64,000 bases of DNA from the NCBI GenBank assembly GCA_002633005.1, contig NMRA01000367.1:109153-173152 (forward strand). The letters are read 5' to 3'. The stretch is from Phoronis australis. Taxonomy: Eukaryota; Animalia; Phoronida. Under the pieces are notes generated by a model. The model was given only the letters and a program-made list of their open reading frames with translations. It was not told where the DNA came from and ran no database searches. The translations under genes and the position numbers were made by a program. Below are positions 38,021 through 51,700 of this stretch, in pieces; position 1 is the first letter of the stretch; every line of letters begins with the position of its first letter.

Positions 38021-39096
38021 GGTGAATCAGAAATGGACGTTATTTGGTTTTGTTGCCAAACCAAGTTGAACATTAACACAGAACAGTCCTCTTCATTGAG
38101 ATGTAAACATGGCACATGAACATGTGTTTTTGGCTACTTTTGCAAATTTTTGGATATGAAGAAGAAAATTTCAGAGCACAGCACAACTATGTGATAAAAC
38201 GTCACAGCAATGTTTCATTCTTTAACGATTAACTAACGACTTCGTGATTGTTCATGTAAGATGTCCTGATTATCAATATCCCTGACAATATGGCACTGCG
38301 ACATTGGTCGGTCCCGCTGTTTGTGTGCAAAGTTCTGGTAGGCAATCGTGAAATGCCATCAAGTAACGAACTGCTTCAATATGCGTCTTGTTTTTATGGC
38401 AAATTCTCAAGCCCTTCTTTCTGGGGCTGAGTATGCGCATATCTATGAGTCACCTATCACTCGAATATGTTACTGCCAATGCAACTCCAGCGACTTAAGT
38501 GTGGAACTCCCGCGTACACGACTAAGAAGCTGTACATCAAAAGAGAACAGCGACAGTTCTAAGTGAAAGAGTATATCAGCTCGCCTCTGTAAGTTTAAGC
38601 AGCCCAGGGGTTTACTTGACAATGAACGTAGACCCCATGGGGTTATAAAAGACCAATGTTCCCCAGAACCGCAATGCTCTATTCTGATGTTCCTTGGCAA
38701 AATGTTCCAATTCGTGCCCATAGCAAACTGTTAGCGACCTCTTTAGTCTTCCCTTCCTACATCCCACAATCGAATAGGGAGGGTGGCAAAACCACTGTCA
38801 CATTTCTTTGGCCTAATTTTTTGAAAATCTGTTTATCTAGTGCACTGCAGTCAGAAACTTAGTGCGACAGACAGCATCGCACAAAGCAGAGGTACTGATG
38901 CTGGTGTGGTTCTTGAAGTGGGACCATGGAAAGAAAATAGAGTAACAAAGCATTCAAATATTATATTTTGAAATAAATCCATCAACTAATTTGTTACGTT
39001 ATGTAATATACTTCACATTGCCAAACCACCGCCTCAGAGACTGCTTGCACTCATTGTGTTGATGTGGATGAGCTTCCGTTGAATCCTGTGAAGCGT

Positions 39097-39296
39097 CAGT
39101 TAGCCACAGTGTCTGTAGCTGGTCAGTTGAAATGGTGAAGCTAGTACAGTTAGCCACAGTGTCTGTAGCTGGTCAGTTGAAATGATGAAGCTAGTACAGT
39201 TAGCCACAGTGTCTGTAGCTGGTCAGTTAAATGATGAAGCTAATACAGTTAGCCACAGTGTCTGTAGCTGGTCAGTTGAAATGATGAAGCTAATAC
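39097..39296. repeat. 50-bp minisatellite, 4 copies
   Basis: Unit cagttagccacagtgtctgtagctggtcagttgaaatgatgaagctagta. Confidence 0.95.
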
Positions 39297-39748
39297 AGGA
39301 TGTTCATACGTCGGAAGCTTTTGGGCGAATTATGCCTCACACCGATTAAAACATCAAAGTCAGGCTGTTCTACGTACCTTTTGCGCATAGAAGGACACCT
39401 TAGGAGGCCATCCATGTCTTTAATTCCTTCCAACTCGTACAAATACTCCGGTTATCAAACTTTTTATTCGAGCAGTCCCTCGTTCAGTTCCCAAAATTGG
39501 AAACTGGCCATATTTACACAGCGCACATCAGGGGATACGACGTCATACCACCTGCCGTGCATAGTGTTAAAAATGGTCAGTTGTCAATTAGGAGAATGAA
39601 GGACTGCTTAATGATAACGGGAATATTTGTTTGTGTTGGAATAATTAAAAGGTACTTATAATAACAAATCGACTTTAACAATCAGTTTGAGGCACAATTC
39701 ACCGAAAAGCTTCCGGTGTATGAAGTACCTATAGGAGCTTCACTGTCA
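39297..39748. mobile_element. Palindromic MITE; family copies at about 44375-44735 and 44950-45105
   Basis: Long imperfect inverted arms ttcatacgtcggaagcttttgggcgaattatgcctca / tgaggcacaattcaccgaaaagcttccggtgtatgaa. The block ttaattccttccaactc...gttatcaaac is shared with 44390-44430. Confidence 0.75.
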
Positions 39749-39872
39749 GTAGTTCACGTGACGGTGGTCAATGTCTATCTCTATCGTACTGTATCGTAGT
39801 CGCTGGTTTGATTTTCGAGTCGGATAATCCTAACTAAAGAGTGTTATCAACCTCAAATAATTCGAAGAATTA

Positions 39873-40774
39873 GGCACTAGTCGGATATAATGGACCCTAA
39901 CTTATTCCAAATAAATCCACTAAATGTGGGTCTAAATGAATGATTTTGATATCGTTGCATTCCTCAGACATCTGGCTATCCGTACATATCCACCTTACAA
40001 CCCTCAATTACTCCGTTCTATAACTACGCTATTCCGAACTCGGTCCACTTTAGCCACGCGCATTGTAAAATCGGCAGCCATTTCAGGGAACTTACTATAC
40101 TTAGCGCCATCTATCGGCGATCTGCTACACCACGCGCTGTTCCTTTTTTATCAGTCAACGTCATTGGTCGATTTCGTCNGCTATCCGTACATATCCACCT
40201 TACAACCCTCAATTACTCCGTTCTATAACTACGCTATTCCGAACTCGGTCCACTTGAGCCACGCGCATTGTAAAATCGGCAGCCATTTCAGGGAACTTAC
40301 TGTACCTAGCGCCATCTATCGGCGATCTGCTACACCACGCGCTGTTCCTTTTTTATCAATCAACGTCATTGGTCGATTTCGTCAATTATTAACGTCACCG
40401 TTATTAATCATCGTACGTCTGCTCTCATCATCACCTTCGTCGTCTCTCTCACGATCGTATCTGTCATCGTCATGTTATCTCGTCCATGTTGACTGATGAA
40501 AAAAGAACAGCTACTGTTGTAGCAAATCACCGATAGATGGCGCTAGATATAGTAGGTTCCCTGAAATGGCTGACGATTGCATGATGCGCGTGGCTAAAGT
40601 GGACCAAGTTCGGAATGGCGTAGTTATAGACTAGAATAATTGAGGGCCGTGAAAAGAATTTGTACAGATAGCCAGATGTCTGAGGAATGCAACGATACCA
40701 AAATCATTCACTTAGACCTACATTTAGTGGATTTATTTGGAATAAGTTAGGGTCCATTATATCCGACTAGTGCC
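39873..40774. mobile_element. MITE with about 250-bp terminal inverted repeats, TA-flanked
   Basis: ggcactagtcggatataatggaccctaacttattccaaataaatccactaaatgt... is mirrored near-perfectly at the right end, with TA on both sides. Confidence 0.9.
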
Positions 40775-41322
40775 TACTAGTGTTTGCAAGCTACTAATCT
40801 AGGAAGTCAATTTCATTGAATTTGTGGAGAGTTACTTAAGAATTGTGTCGTCAAAGTGCAAGCTGTGACTGTCTACATTTGTGGGGTGAGATATAGCGCC
40901 TATAGCGGTCCCTGGTTTAGAGAACCAGTTTCATCCACTTCGTAGGCCTAACGGGCCCGTTATTTAATGACTGCATGGTTCTTTAAATCCGGGACCGCTT
41001 TATCCAACCATGCAGTGCCAATGCCATTCAGTGCTTTCAGCATTTGAGGTTGATTGACGTCCTGTTGCTGAATGCTACCAATTCCCATTAATTAGTAATT
41101 TGCAACAAAGGAGCATCATCGAGGCCTCTTTAACTTTGATTGTTTAGTTGTCGAATATTTGGCCCAATCAGTCAGCTCTACTAGTACCCAGTTGCTGTCA
41201 ATGTATGCAAATTTCCTATCGCCGTTGCTGTATTAATTATTATTATTATGCGAATATTTCTATGTTTCTAGATTCTCTTGTTTATAATGGCATCATTTCA
41301 ACTACTATTTCTTTCATTTCAG

Positions 41323-41974
41323 ATATATAACTATCCGATACACCACACCAACCAATGATGTGTTGTCAACGCCAGCCCAGTTGAGAAAGAAAGCCATCAA
41401 GGTTCTTGAACTTCTGTTCGACCTTAATCTCGAGGACAACCCTCTGTTTTTCCATGTCTTCAGTAATGGTGGTGGACAGCTATATCACTGTATTGTGGAA
41501 CTCCTGTTGACAAGAAAAGAAAACAGAATGCTACAAGTCCACGGGACTATATTTGACAGCTGTCCATCAAAAAATCAGTTGCGTGTTGCAGGAGATGTCC
41601 TTATGCATGGATATGATGCAGGATTTTGTAAAGCTTTGGCGTCATTTGTTATCAGCTTCTTTCTCAGTTGCTGGTTTGTTTTCCACTACATCTGGTGTTT
41701 GTTTTCCAAGAATAAAACGTGGAATATCCAACTGTGGGACTCCATTAGGGATCACCACTCGCGGTGGCCCCAACTGTTTCTGTATTCCAAGAAAGACAAA
41801 TTAGTGAAGTATAGTGATATTGATGAGCTGGTAAAGTGCCGCACATCCCTTGGAGTGGATGTGAGCGCCACCTGTTGGGAGGATTCTGCCCATGTACAAC
41901 ATCTACAGGCTCACGTAGAATCGTACACTCAGCAGTGTTTAAGTTTTGTAGACGACTGTACACCTAAATACTGA
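41323..41974 (+). CDS. TMEM53: Transmembrane protein 53 (DUF829, alpha/beta-hydrolase-like), terminal coding exon
   Basis: Polypyrimidine tract and CAG acceptor at 41322, then YITIRYT...LFFHVFSNGG...GTIFDSCP...hydrophobic segment...RWPQLFLYSKKDKLV...WEDSAHVQH, stop at 41974. Upstream exons not found. Confidence 0.9.
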
Positions 41975-44900
41975 CTAATGTGTCTTGATAAGAAGTAATT
42001 GCATGAGTTTTCTAACTTCGTGCTTTTTCATTTCACTTTGACAAGTTGCCTCCTCCTCGTTGCAACAAATTCAGTGCCTAGTTTTCTCCTGAGACGAGTG
42101 TTGCTCACTATAGTTGGGAATGCTCAGCCTTGGGTGGTATCAGAACTTCAGATTTTGAGCCTGACACCTCAGCAGGAGATGGTTAATATGCATCCCATTT
42201 GTTCAATTTGGTTGTGGCTATCCACTGTTAAATTTAAAATTCATGCATTCACAGTGACGTGACTAAGTTATTTTTACATTCATCTAAAGGAAATACATTT
42301 TAGCAACTTCGAAGTGAATGAAAAAATATGTTCACCTATGAGAGAAGTTACATTAATTTTTAAGAGTGTGCTATATGACTGCTTTGTGCAGAAACTTGAC
42401 ATCCCAGATGTTTACTTTGTGTAATGGAATTAGGCTTAACTCAATGCAGCTCTTTTGGCCGCAGGAGAAAACTTGGCTATGTGTTTGGTGTGAAGGGCTT
42501 TGCTGTGACCTGTGATACTGCAATTTTGCCGTGCATAAATGTGCAGTATTTTTCTTATCCATGAATAGTGATTTGAAAGTCCCCGTGGACATAATTCTGT
42601 ATAAATTTTCAGGCTGTTCTAAATCATGAAATTAGTCTGGATGCATGAACGAATAGAAAATTGGGCTTAGGACGAGGATGAAAAATTTGTTAGTAAATCG
42701 TGAAGTCAATAATTTTACAGTTTAGATAAAACTATTTTGCGACCTCCCTTCACTTCCCCCCACATAGCCATCTTGTTCTTATATTGTGTTGCTTTTAGAT
42801 TTTTCCCTTTTTGGTAATATAGTACAAGAACATTCCACATATCATATGTCTAATATATTTTGGAAAACTTTACATTTTTATAAATTTTGGTTACTCTTGA
42901 TGGATGTGTATACAGATCTGCTTTTTTCAGTTGGACTGCTGAAACAGAGTTTGTTGAGTTTTATTTGTGATAAACAATTGTGTAGTACAACTCTTAAGTT
43001 GGGTAGAGGTACAGTGAAACTGGTATATGTCGGGTCCAATGGGTCTAGATTTTTTCTGGTGAGTCAAGTGAACTGTCTAGAAGTAACTACTATTGGAACT
43101 TTGACTGAGTTTAAATAGAAGATCTGACTTTTTTGTGTTTGATTTTTTCCAGATTGACTCTTTTAAGTTGGCATTAATTACAAAAAGAAACTAAGATACT
43201 TTTTGTGGTCACATTTGGTCGATTCAAAGTCCGGCTTTTTGCTTCAAACTAAGCTTTTAAAAAGCCTCATCAATAACAATAGCCAGTTGATATGGTGAAG
43301 CGCTTAGTTTAGTATGAACCAAACAGTAAACTCCAGGGGTCGCTGGTGTAGCTGTACTACTGTAAAATCTCACCACTTTAGAACGCCACATGGCAGAGAA
43401 GTGAAATTTTATTTATTTTTTTTCATGAATGATAAGTAGCATATTAAGGCTTAAATGTCAGTTTTAACTTGCATACCACTGCTACCATCAAAACAAAGTT
43501 TTAAGAATCTCAAGGCATTCAATGTTTGGAGCCTTTGAAAATATTAAGAGCCAATTTTGGCAAAATTTTTGTCTGATATTGGTGAGATTATAGCATACTG
43601 CAGCTTCTGGGACTTCCGAACTTCATGGTCTTTCCTTTCACATGAATGAGTAGAGTTGCCTACTTATTCTGCTCACAAAGTAATCTGTTCCTATTTATGT
43701 GGATGGCAGAATTATGTCTCTCACTTGGAGTAAGGTATTTCAGTATTACTTCCATTTTTGTGCTATGCACATTAAGCTCTTGCTCATATGATTTTCTACT
43801 TTGTTTTGAAAAATGTTTGTGCTGTTTTATTTTTTTCTTTTGCTTAATAAGATTAAGCTGCAGTGATGTTTTTATAAGAGTTTGTTGAGATTTACATTTT
43901 TAACTCTTCTTAGCCGTGTTGTTGTTGACAAGTAATAATTAATTTCAAGTGGTATAGTGATATTTTTAGATTAACTGTTTTTATCAGTTTGTAGTTAGCA
44001 CACCAACTTAGGGGCATAATGTCATGGTCGTAGACATCCAGTACTGTGATGTCTATGGTCATGGTGCTATAGTAAAATACTGCAGATTCAGTGTGCATGT
44101 GTGTCGAGTCCAGAAGCCTTTGTAGTTCTACTTTGAATTTTTATCCGTGGCTTCGTGCAGATGCTTCAAGCCATTTAGGGCTGTTCCAGTAAAATTCGTG
44201 TGGGAGGGGGGGNCTGACACATCAGCCAATCAGCGATCGCTTTCAGAATTCAGTGTTTTGACCATGAATACGAATTGGCTTTTGTTTGGCATGCAAGTCA
44301 GGCAAATGTGAGTTTTATTTGTATGTTAGAACCGATTAACTGCAACATTATTTTGACTACAGTCCCCTTTTAAGAGACTGTCAATGTATTTAATTCCTTC
44401 CAACTCAAAGAAATACTCCCGTTATCAAACTTTTTCTTCGAGCAGTTCCTCGTTCAGTTACCAAAATGGAAAACTCTTTTAACATAATGTTACATTGCGC
44501 GTGTCAGGTAATATGACATCAGTGTGCCTAGTGTAAAAATGGCGAGTTACCGAAGGTTTGATAACAGGAGTATTTCTTCAAGTTGGAAGGAATTAAATAC
44601 ATCAGCGGCCTCCTAAGACGTCCTTCTATGCGCAAAAGCTATTTATTACAACATGACTTTGATGTTTTAGTCAGTGTGAGGCATAATTCACTGAAAAGCT
44701 TCCGGCATATGAAGCTCCTATAGGAACTCCACTGTCTCTACTGGGCCAGCTAGAGATGGTGATCACTGTCTACCTGGCCTTCATGCAGCGTACATCCAAA
44801 TAACACGCTGGGAAGGAGCCCAATTTATCATTTGGATGCCCACTGTCAATCAGAATATCTCCAGTTTGCTCACCCACATTGTAAGATTACCAGGACTCCC

Positions 44901-45710
44901 AGTTAATGAAAGATGGGTGATAGTTTCAGAGATAAGTGTTGGCCCTTTCAACTACGAATTCTTGCAAATGTTCCAACTGCCTCCAAAGGTGTCCAACTTG
45001 GCTAAAAAGATGCATATATAGTAACATGACTTTGATAGTTCGGCAAGGGTTTAGCATAACATTGAGAAAATCTTCTGGCATACAGGATTGATTAAGATAT
45101 GACACTGCCTATATGTGTAGGCTTTTTGTTTCGCTTTCAGAAGTACCACGTCTAACATTTTCCAAGCTTTGAAATGTAACTTTTAACGGTCATTTTTGCT
45201 GCTTTCAGAAGTACCTTGTCAATTGTTTCCAAGTCACAGGAAACGTGTTTTTCAAAAGAAAGGCTAGTCCTTAGGCTAGTCCATTGGCTAGTCCACTGAA
45301 AATTTTCCTAGTCGTGAAATATGGCATTTGGCATCCATGCAGAAGTACGCGTTTGACATTTTCCAGCTCCTAAAATGTATTCTTTTAATGGCCATTTGTG
45401 TTACTTTCGGTGCCGTTGATGAAATGCTTCCAAAGATCAGTGAGACTTTAAGAGAGACCTTGATATTTTTCCTCATACCTCTCAATTTTACCAGTAGGCA
45501 CCCCCTGGTATTTGCTGTCAGTACACTCTGAGGGTCATGTCAGACTGACCCTCTCCCCATCTAATCTTAAGCATGTGTACTGATTAGTCATCTTCATTGG
45601 TCATAGCTCGGACATCAGATTGTTTGTAGGTTGTTGATATCTGTCCCAGATGTATAGAAGCTTTCTAACATGTATTACAGTTGAGTTGCAGAGTTAACTT
45701 TATGTTTCAG

Positions 45711-48700
45711 TTCTTCAGTTTGAACATGTCTATCTTGATCAGCTTCCTAATGTTGAAGCCTATGAGAAGAGTTTCATGCACAGAGACGTCATAACACACC
45801 TGGTGGTGACAAAGTAAGTAGACCTATTGTTTTTAAAGGCCAGTGTTATGTTAAGTAAGTTGACTGAGGAGGACTGTGTTATGTTAAGTAGACTTACTGT
45901 TAGAGGAGGACAGGGTTATGTTTAGACATAGTGTTTGAGGGGGCATTTCAAAACAACATTTTGAGATGTTGGGGGGGAGGTAGGCGTTGAAACTTGAAGT
46001 ACCTTAATGATCAGTATGGGTAAACACGTCAGACACTGCTACAAGAGCCAAACTGGGGATTTGTCGTTATTCTGTGTTGGTAGCTAGATGGACATTCATA
46101 AAGACATAGACACTCCCAGGGCATGTTACATGCTGTAACAGAACTTTTTTGTTCTGTCTCAAGACTTAAATTTGTTTTCTATTAATTAAGGACAAACTTC
46201 ATTGTGACAGCTAGTTGTGATGGACACGTGAAATTTTGGAAGAAAAATGAAGACGAAGGCATTGAGTTTGTTAAACACTTCCGCAGTCACTTGGGTGAGT
46301 AGTACAATTAGTGTGAATACATCGAGTTGTATTAAACACTTTTGCTGTTTCTGGGGTGCATTATTTGTGAGAATCATCAAGTAAAGATGACAACATTGTG
46401 TTTGTCACATGACTTTGTGTACTCTAGTAGCACATTGGCTCTGAATACTCCTTAAACAATTTTATTTTTTACTTTAAGTTTGTATCTGTATCTTTGGAGT
46501 TCCTTGAGTGTTTTTCATAAAATTGGGCAAACCAGTCTCTGTTATGAAGGTGACAGCATCTCTCCAATTGACCTTGCGCCAGAAAATGAATGACAGGTGT
46601 GATTGACCAATCAGAATGCTGCATTCCGGACATCCCTCCAGACTACAGTTCAAGTCGCCATCTTGTCCGACAAGCATTAGCGGCTGTAGGACAAAACACG
46701 TTCAACTACAATGTGCATTTTAAATGGCCAAGAGGTGCTGGTGTGGTGTGTGTAATTCAGACAGTCGTTATATCGACAGAGATGAAAATCCTGTCAATTT
46801 TTGTCCTTTTCCGAAGCCTAAAAGTGACGTTGTAAGGAGCAAACGGTGGATTACTTAAACTGTGTGTACTCCCACTCGAGCAGCCCTAACCCGTCAACTT
46901 TGTTTGACCACTCGAAAGCTAAACACAAGTGTGTTCTAAAGTATGCACTATTTTTGATATTTCTTCCCAATATTGAATTTTTAGCTCTGGATTACAGTCT
47001 TTGTTAAGTGTGTGACCCACCGCCTCTGCGATCACTTTCTGGTTCATTATAACCACATGACAACCATAGCGCTGACGAAAACGAGTTAAAATATAGCCAA
47101 TCATAAGTCAAAATGCATTGCATGCCTATCTACTTACTTATTAGAGGCTCTTACATCTATACTGACTGTGAGTGTTGTTATAGGCCTATTCCTATTCCTT
47201 CTTAACTCCTCCGTCTTGGCCCTGTCGACTGGCTCGTGACTGTTATTATCTTGACAAAGATTGCCAGTAAAAGCCAAAGTGAAGGATTGAAAACTTTATT
47301 ATGAACATCAGAGAAAATACACATTAATTACTGAAAAAGTAGCATTTTGGCGCTACGCCGTGGCACTACAGAAACAGCAAGCACGTACTGAGTAAATACG
47401 CAGTGCCCGTATTAGTGGTTGACATGTACGTAGTATGTAACTCAGATATAAAACAACAGATTCATAGGCAACATTCTGCAGTCGCTTTGTTTAGTCTGTC
47501 TTCAGAGGTCATGATCACGGTCACCACTCAAGTACTGACCGGGTTAGGCTGGTGTCGCTTCATCAAAATCACTACCTTTGAAATGTTAATTTGAATGGTT
47601 ACAGTGGGACTCCGAATTTCGACTTGTTACATGTGTCTGTCACGGCGCCGGCTCGACCATCGGCGATCACTGCCGGGACACGAAATTTTCGGCTAAACTG
47701 TCACAGTTACAGCTCAGTAGGTTTCTTGATCCCCTAAATATTTTAGTAAAACGTTCGTTTTGCTTTGAGGGAAGAATTGTTATTCATTAAGGATTTTTAC
47801 TAATCATTTTTATCTGAATTCGTGCAGTTTTTCTCGACGCTGATGTCAACTCTATGAGACTCGTAGGATTTGCGTTGACTTCTGAAACATCCGTGGGAGG
47901 TTTATATGTCAGGTGTCCTCGACGTAAATCTTCACTCCATTCCCGTGGGAACCTTTCCTGAAGGCTGTTGCCTTTTATCTTTGTCATGGCGAGATTCATA
48001 GGGAAGATAATGTTTGCCAAAGTCTGCATGAATATCAGCTCGCTCACCGGTCTTGCTTGATGAAGACATCCTCTAATGTCGGATTTCCGCATCACGTGAC
48101 ATCATAGGCGGAGCGATCTTCTGCTGGCGTAAGGTCAATTTGGGATGGATTTGACGTATTCTGCACCATTTAATGGCCATTTTCATGATACGAAAAAATC
48201 ATCTAAGATGCACACCATTTGCATTGCAGTCATGAGCGCATTTCAAGGCTCTGCGTTGCTCTGGTTTGGATATGACTTTTTGTCCAAAAACCCCATCTGC
48301 TAAATATTTACTGGATTTGTTTTCAGAAATCTCATCAGTACTGATTTTCTTACATTATGCTTTACAGTTCCAATTTAAAACTAGATAACGTTGCAAAGCA
48401 TGTGAGACATGTCCTCATTACAATGTGACACGTACAAGTTTATAATCTTTGCATCGTCATTGATATCATGTGGTTAATCATTGTTTACTCAAACTATGTC
48501 CTTGCTGTGGTCGTCATGGTCATCATTAGTGTTGCCATTGGTGTCACAACCATTGTCTTCATCATTAGTGTTGCCATTGGTGTCACAACCATTGTCTTCA
48601 TCATCGTCATCAGCCTTCGCCATGTGTCATTCTTCAAAACAATTTCATTTGAAACTTGAATGACGCTTTGTGGATGACCAACCTTTAATATCACTGACAA

Positions 48701-51700
48701 TCAACCTCTCCTGAACAGGTGAGATTTGAACAAATTCTGGGGAGCGACATTTTTATGAAAATTCATAAACCCATGCAGTTGTAGCTAAGGCCATCTTAGA
48801 TTTTTACTGACACATATTTATGAAGATGGTTGTGAACAGGGACTATAGCTGTGTATTGTGCAGTCTTGTTCTTATGACAAACACAAACATCACTAAAAGT
48901 ATGTTACAGGCAGTGTGATGGACATGGTGGCCAGTGTAAATGGAGAGTTGATGTGCACAATATCAGATGATAAAACTATGAAAGTGTTTGAAGTTGTCAA
49001 CTTTGGTAAGTACTTGTTTAATGAAGATCTCAATGTGGCTGTAACAAAATGAATACATTATTTCGTGTTTTAACTTGTACCAAGACTAAAGAGCATTTAT
49101 CAGTTTTAGTCTTTAAGTACAAATACCAGATTTTTGGTGTTTTGAAAGTTGACAATGTCCAACACTCTTCTTTTCAGCTGAATCACCTTTTGTGATCAGC
49201 TTCTGAATTCTCTCAATCGTATCAAAAAATAAGACTCGTGATTTTTGTCCAAAAAACTGTAAAGTTGTATAAAATAAAATGATAGCTTACAATTATAGAA
49301 AACTGTTACAGTGTTTTTGAGAGTTCATTATGAACAGGTATATGATTGGTCACGTTATTGCTACTGCAGTTTGGCTATGGATGTACCTTTTTTACTAAAT
49401 TTTACTAACTGTAAGATTAGTGGCAGGTTGGTATTAATTAAGAAATCTACAGGTTGTATTTTCAGAAAATATGTAATTATACTGACACTGAGAGAAAGCC
49501 CGTCTTGTTATTTTAGATGTATTGCACTAAGCAGATAGTCGTAGCAAAGTCTTATCAAAATAAGAAAATGCAAGACAGTTTAAGCACTCGAATGTAGGTC
49601 CATCAAATGATAGGTGAAGTTGCCTTTTCATGCCATGGTGTGTCACCATGAGAACCCAGCACAAACAACAGAAGGTCGATAGCAGTGTATTAAATAGGGG
49701 TCTGAATGGAACACCTTTGTGTGAGGGTGTTGTTTGCAGCTGTTTGAATTTAAAAAATGATTCTCACTTTGAAGTAGACAAAAGCAAGCCAGTAAGCCGT
49801 AACATTACATTTGGCAATTTATGGCACTTGTAGGCTCAGAGGAATACCCTTGGGAATCAATTTGCAGGTGTTACTATTCAAGTTGGACTTTAAAGTCTGT
49901 TGGTTTGTAGATATGCATAGCGTTGTCGATACAGCCCTACATAACATTAACAGTGAAGTATTCGCTGAGTTTTACGTCAAATGCACCAGCGTGTCCTTTC
50001 TAGTTTACCGGGAACATATGAGCGCTAATGACAAATAACAGATGAACAGTTTACTGGTGTTATTGGTATTGGGAATTTGTACGCCAAGTAATGAAATACT
50101 TAGCATTGACCCTGGAATTTATTTATTCTATTAAGGCCATTATAAGAAATGGAAGGTCTTGTTTAACGAAACTTAACTTCATTAAATTTTCTGTTAATTC
50201 CTGAAAAATGTTTTTTATGTGCAAGTTCCCACAGGCCAAGTATGAATCAGACTTGATTACTACAAGACAGTAAACAAAAATCAAGACTACTGTATTCGCC
50301 CTAATAACCACCCATGCCCCTATAAGCGCCCCCCACGTGTTTTCAGACTGCCAAAATAAGCGCCCAGCCCATGAAGGTGTACGTGCGAAAAAATGCCTTA
50401 CCTAGAGTCCTAAAATTCTACAGTAACGTCTTCAATTTATCAATAATATCTGACAATCCTGAAAAAATCATTATGTGCAGAATTTGTAGACCACAAGCCT
50501 CGCCGCTATGTCGGTACTTGGCTGTGATTATACATTCCAAACGTCCGCCATGCTTAAAAATGAACACAAAAGTTTTGCTGATCTTGCGTGGAATGTGTCC
50601 CACTGTGGTCTGGCCTTTCAGAACAGACGTAGTGTACTTGTCAACGGGATTGTAATTGTAGATATTTCCCGCCCTCTACAGGAATCCAAATTTCTTTTCA
50701 CACGTGAAAACCCGGCGCGAATCAAAGACTAGTAAAAACCTTGGCCAGCATTAAAAGCACATGGCCAGGAAGCACACGCTATATGCATGTACTTGTCATC
50801 AAAGACATTAATCGGGAACTATCCGTTCATGAAACGGGTAGCATAGCATCGGCAAGAAATGAATATTGACACTAATTTCCGACAGTTTCTAATACTATAA
50901 AAGATGGGATTGTTTGATTAACCATAATTGGTGTTTTGAAGCTTAATAGCCGATAAAATGACCACTGACAGTGAATGCTTACACACCCTTACACCGAAAA
51001 ATAACCATCAGATAGTCACGTACGCATCCAGCCACACGGCAACTAATATGGGCCTTACTGAGACTAATATCGAACGTTTTTAGCACACGAGACCAGCAAG
51101 TGCTGAATGAAACACGTTCTGCTTTAGGCCTAGTGCTTACACTAATTTCTTTAAATACAATGCACATCTAGCTCACTAGATACAATGCACATCTAGCTCA
51201 CTAGATACAATGCTCATCTAGCTCACTAGATACAATGCACATCTAGCTCACTAGATACAATGCACATCTAGCTCACTAGATACAATGCACATCTAGTTCA
51301 CTAGATACAATGCACATCTAGCTCAATAGATACAATGCACATCTAGCTCAATAGATTGAGTTTGCTCCGGCAAATGAACTCTGGTGACACGCACGCATTC
51401 GCTTACTCACACGCACTGAACTTCAAAATAAACATCATGTGACAACAACATGTCTGTTCATCCAGACATTTTTCTTGTGTTGGTGATCATAGATGGCACG
51501 ATGTAGCACAAATTTGTACTTAACCTGCCGTTAAACCCGATGCCACAGGAACTTAAAAATCATAGGGACGTTATCTGGAAAACTTAAGGAGGATTTCATG
51601 TAATTTGCTTGAGTCGAAACTGTATTTTTATTCAAGCATTCAAGTCACCATATCGACGATTGCGTGGCAGTCAGTCAGCGAGTTTTCGCCCTGGGATTTC

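Noticed and set aside
38890-38970. GVVLEVGPWKENRVTKHSNIIF as a candidate TMEM53 upstream exon
   Set aside because: Lacks the conserved LGW motif and runs into a stop with no donor.
39975-40383. About 200-bp direct duplication inside the MITE and the 186-aa ORF 39936-40496
   Set aside because: The two copies are joined by a single N, typical of a contig-overlap artefact, and the ORF reads through non-coding repeat.
44836-45021. ORF containing ERWV...VGP...LAKK, superficially like PPWD1 exon 1
   Set aside because: Motif spacing is wrong, there is no suitable donor, and the 3' part belongs to the palindromic MITE family.
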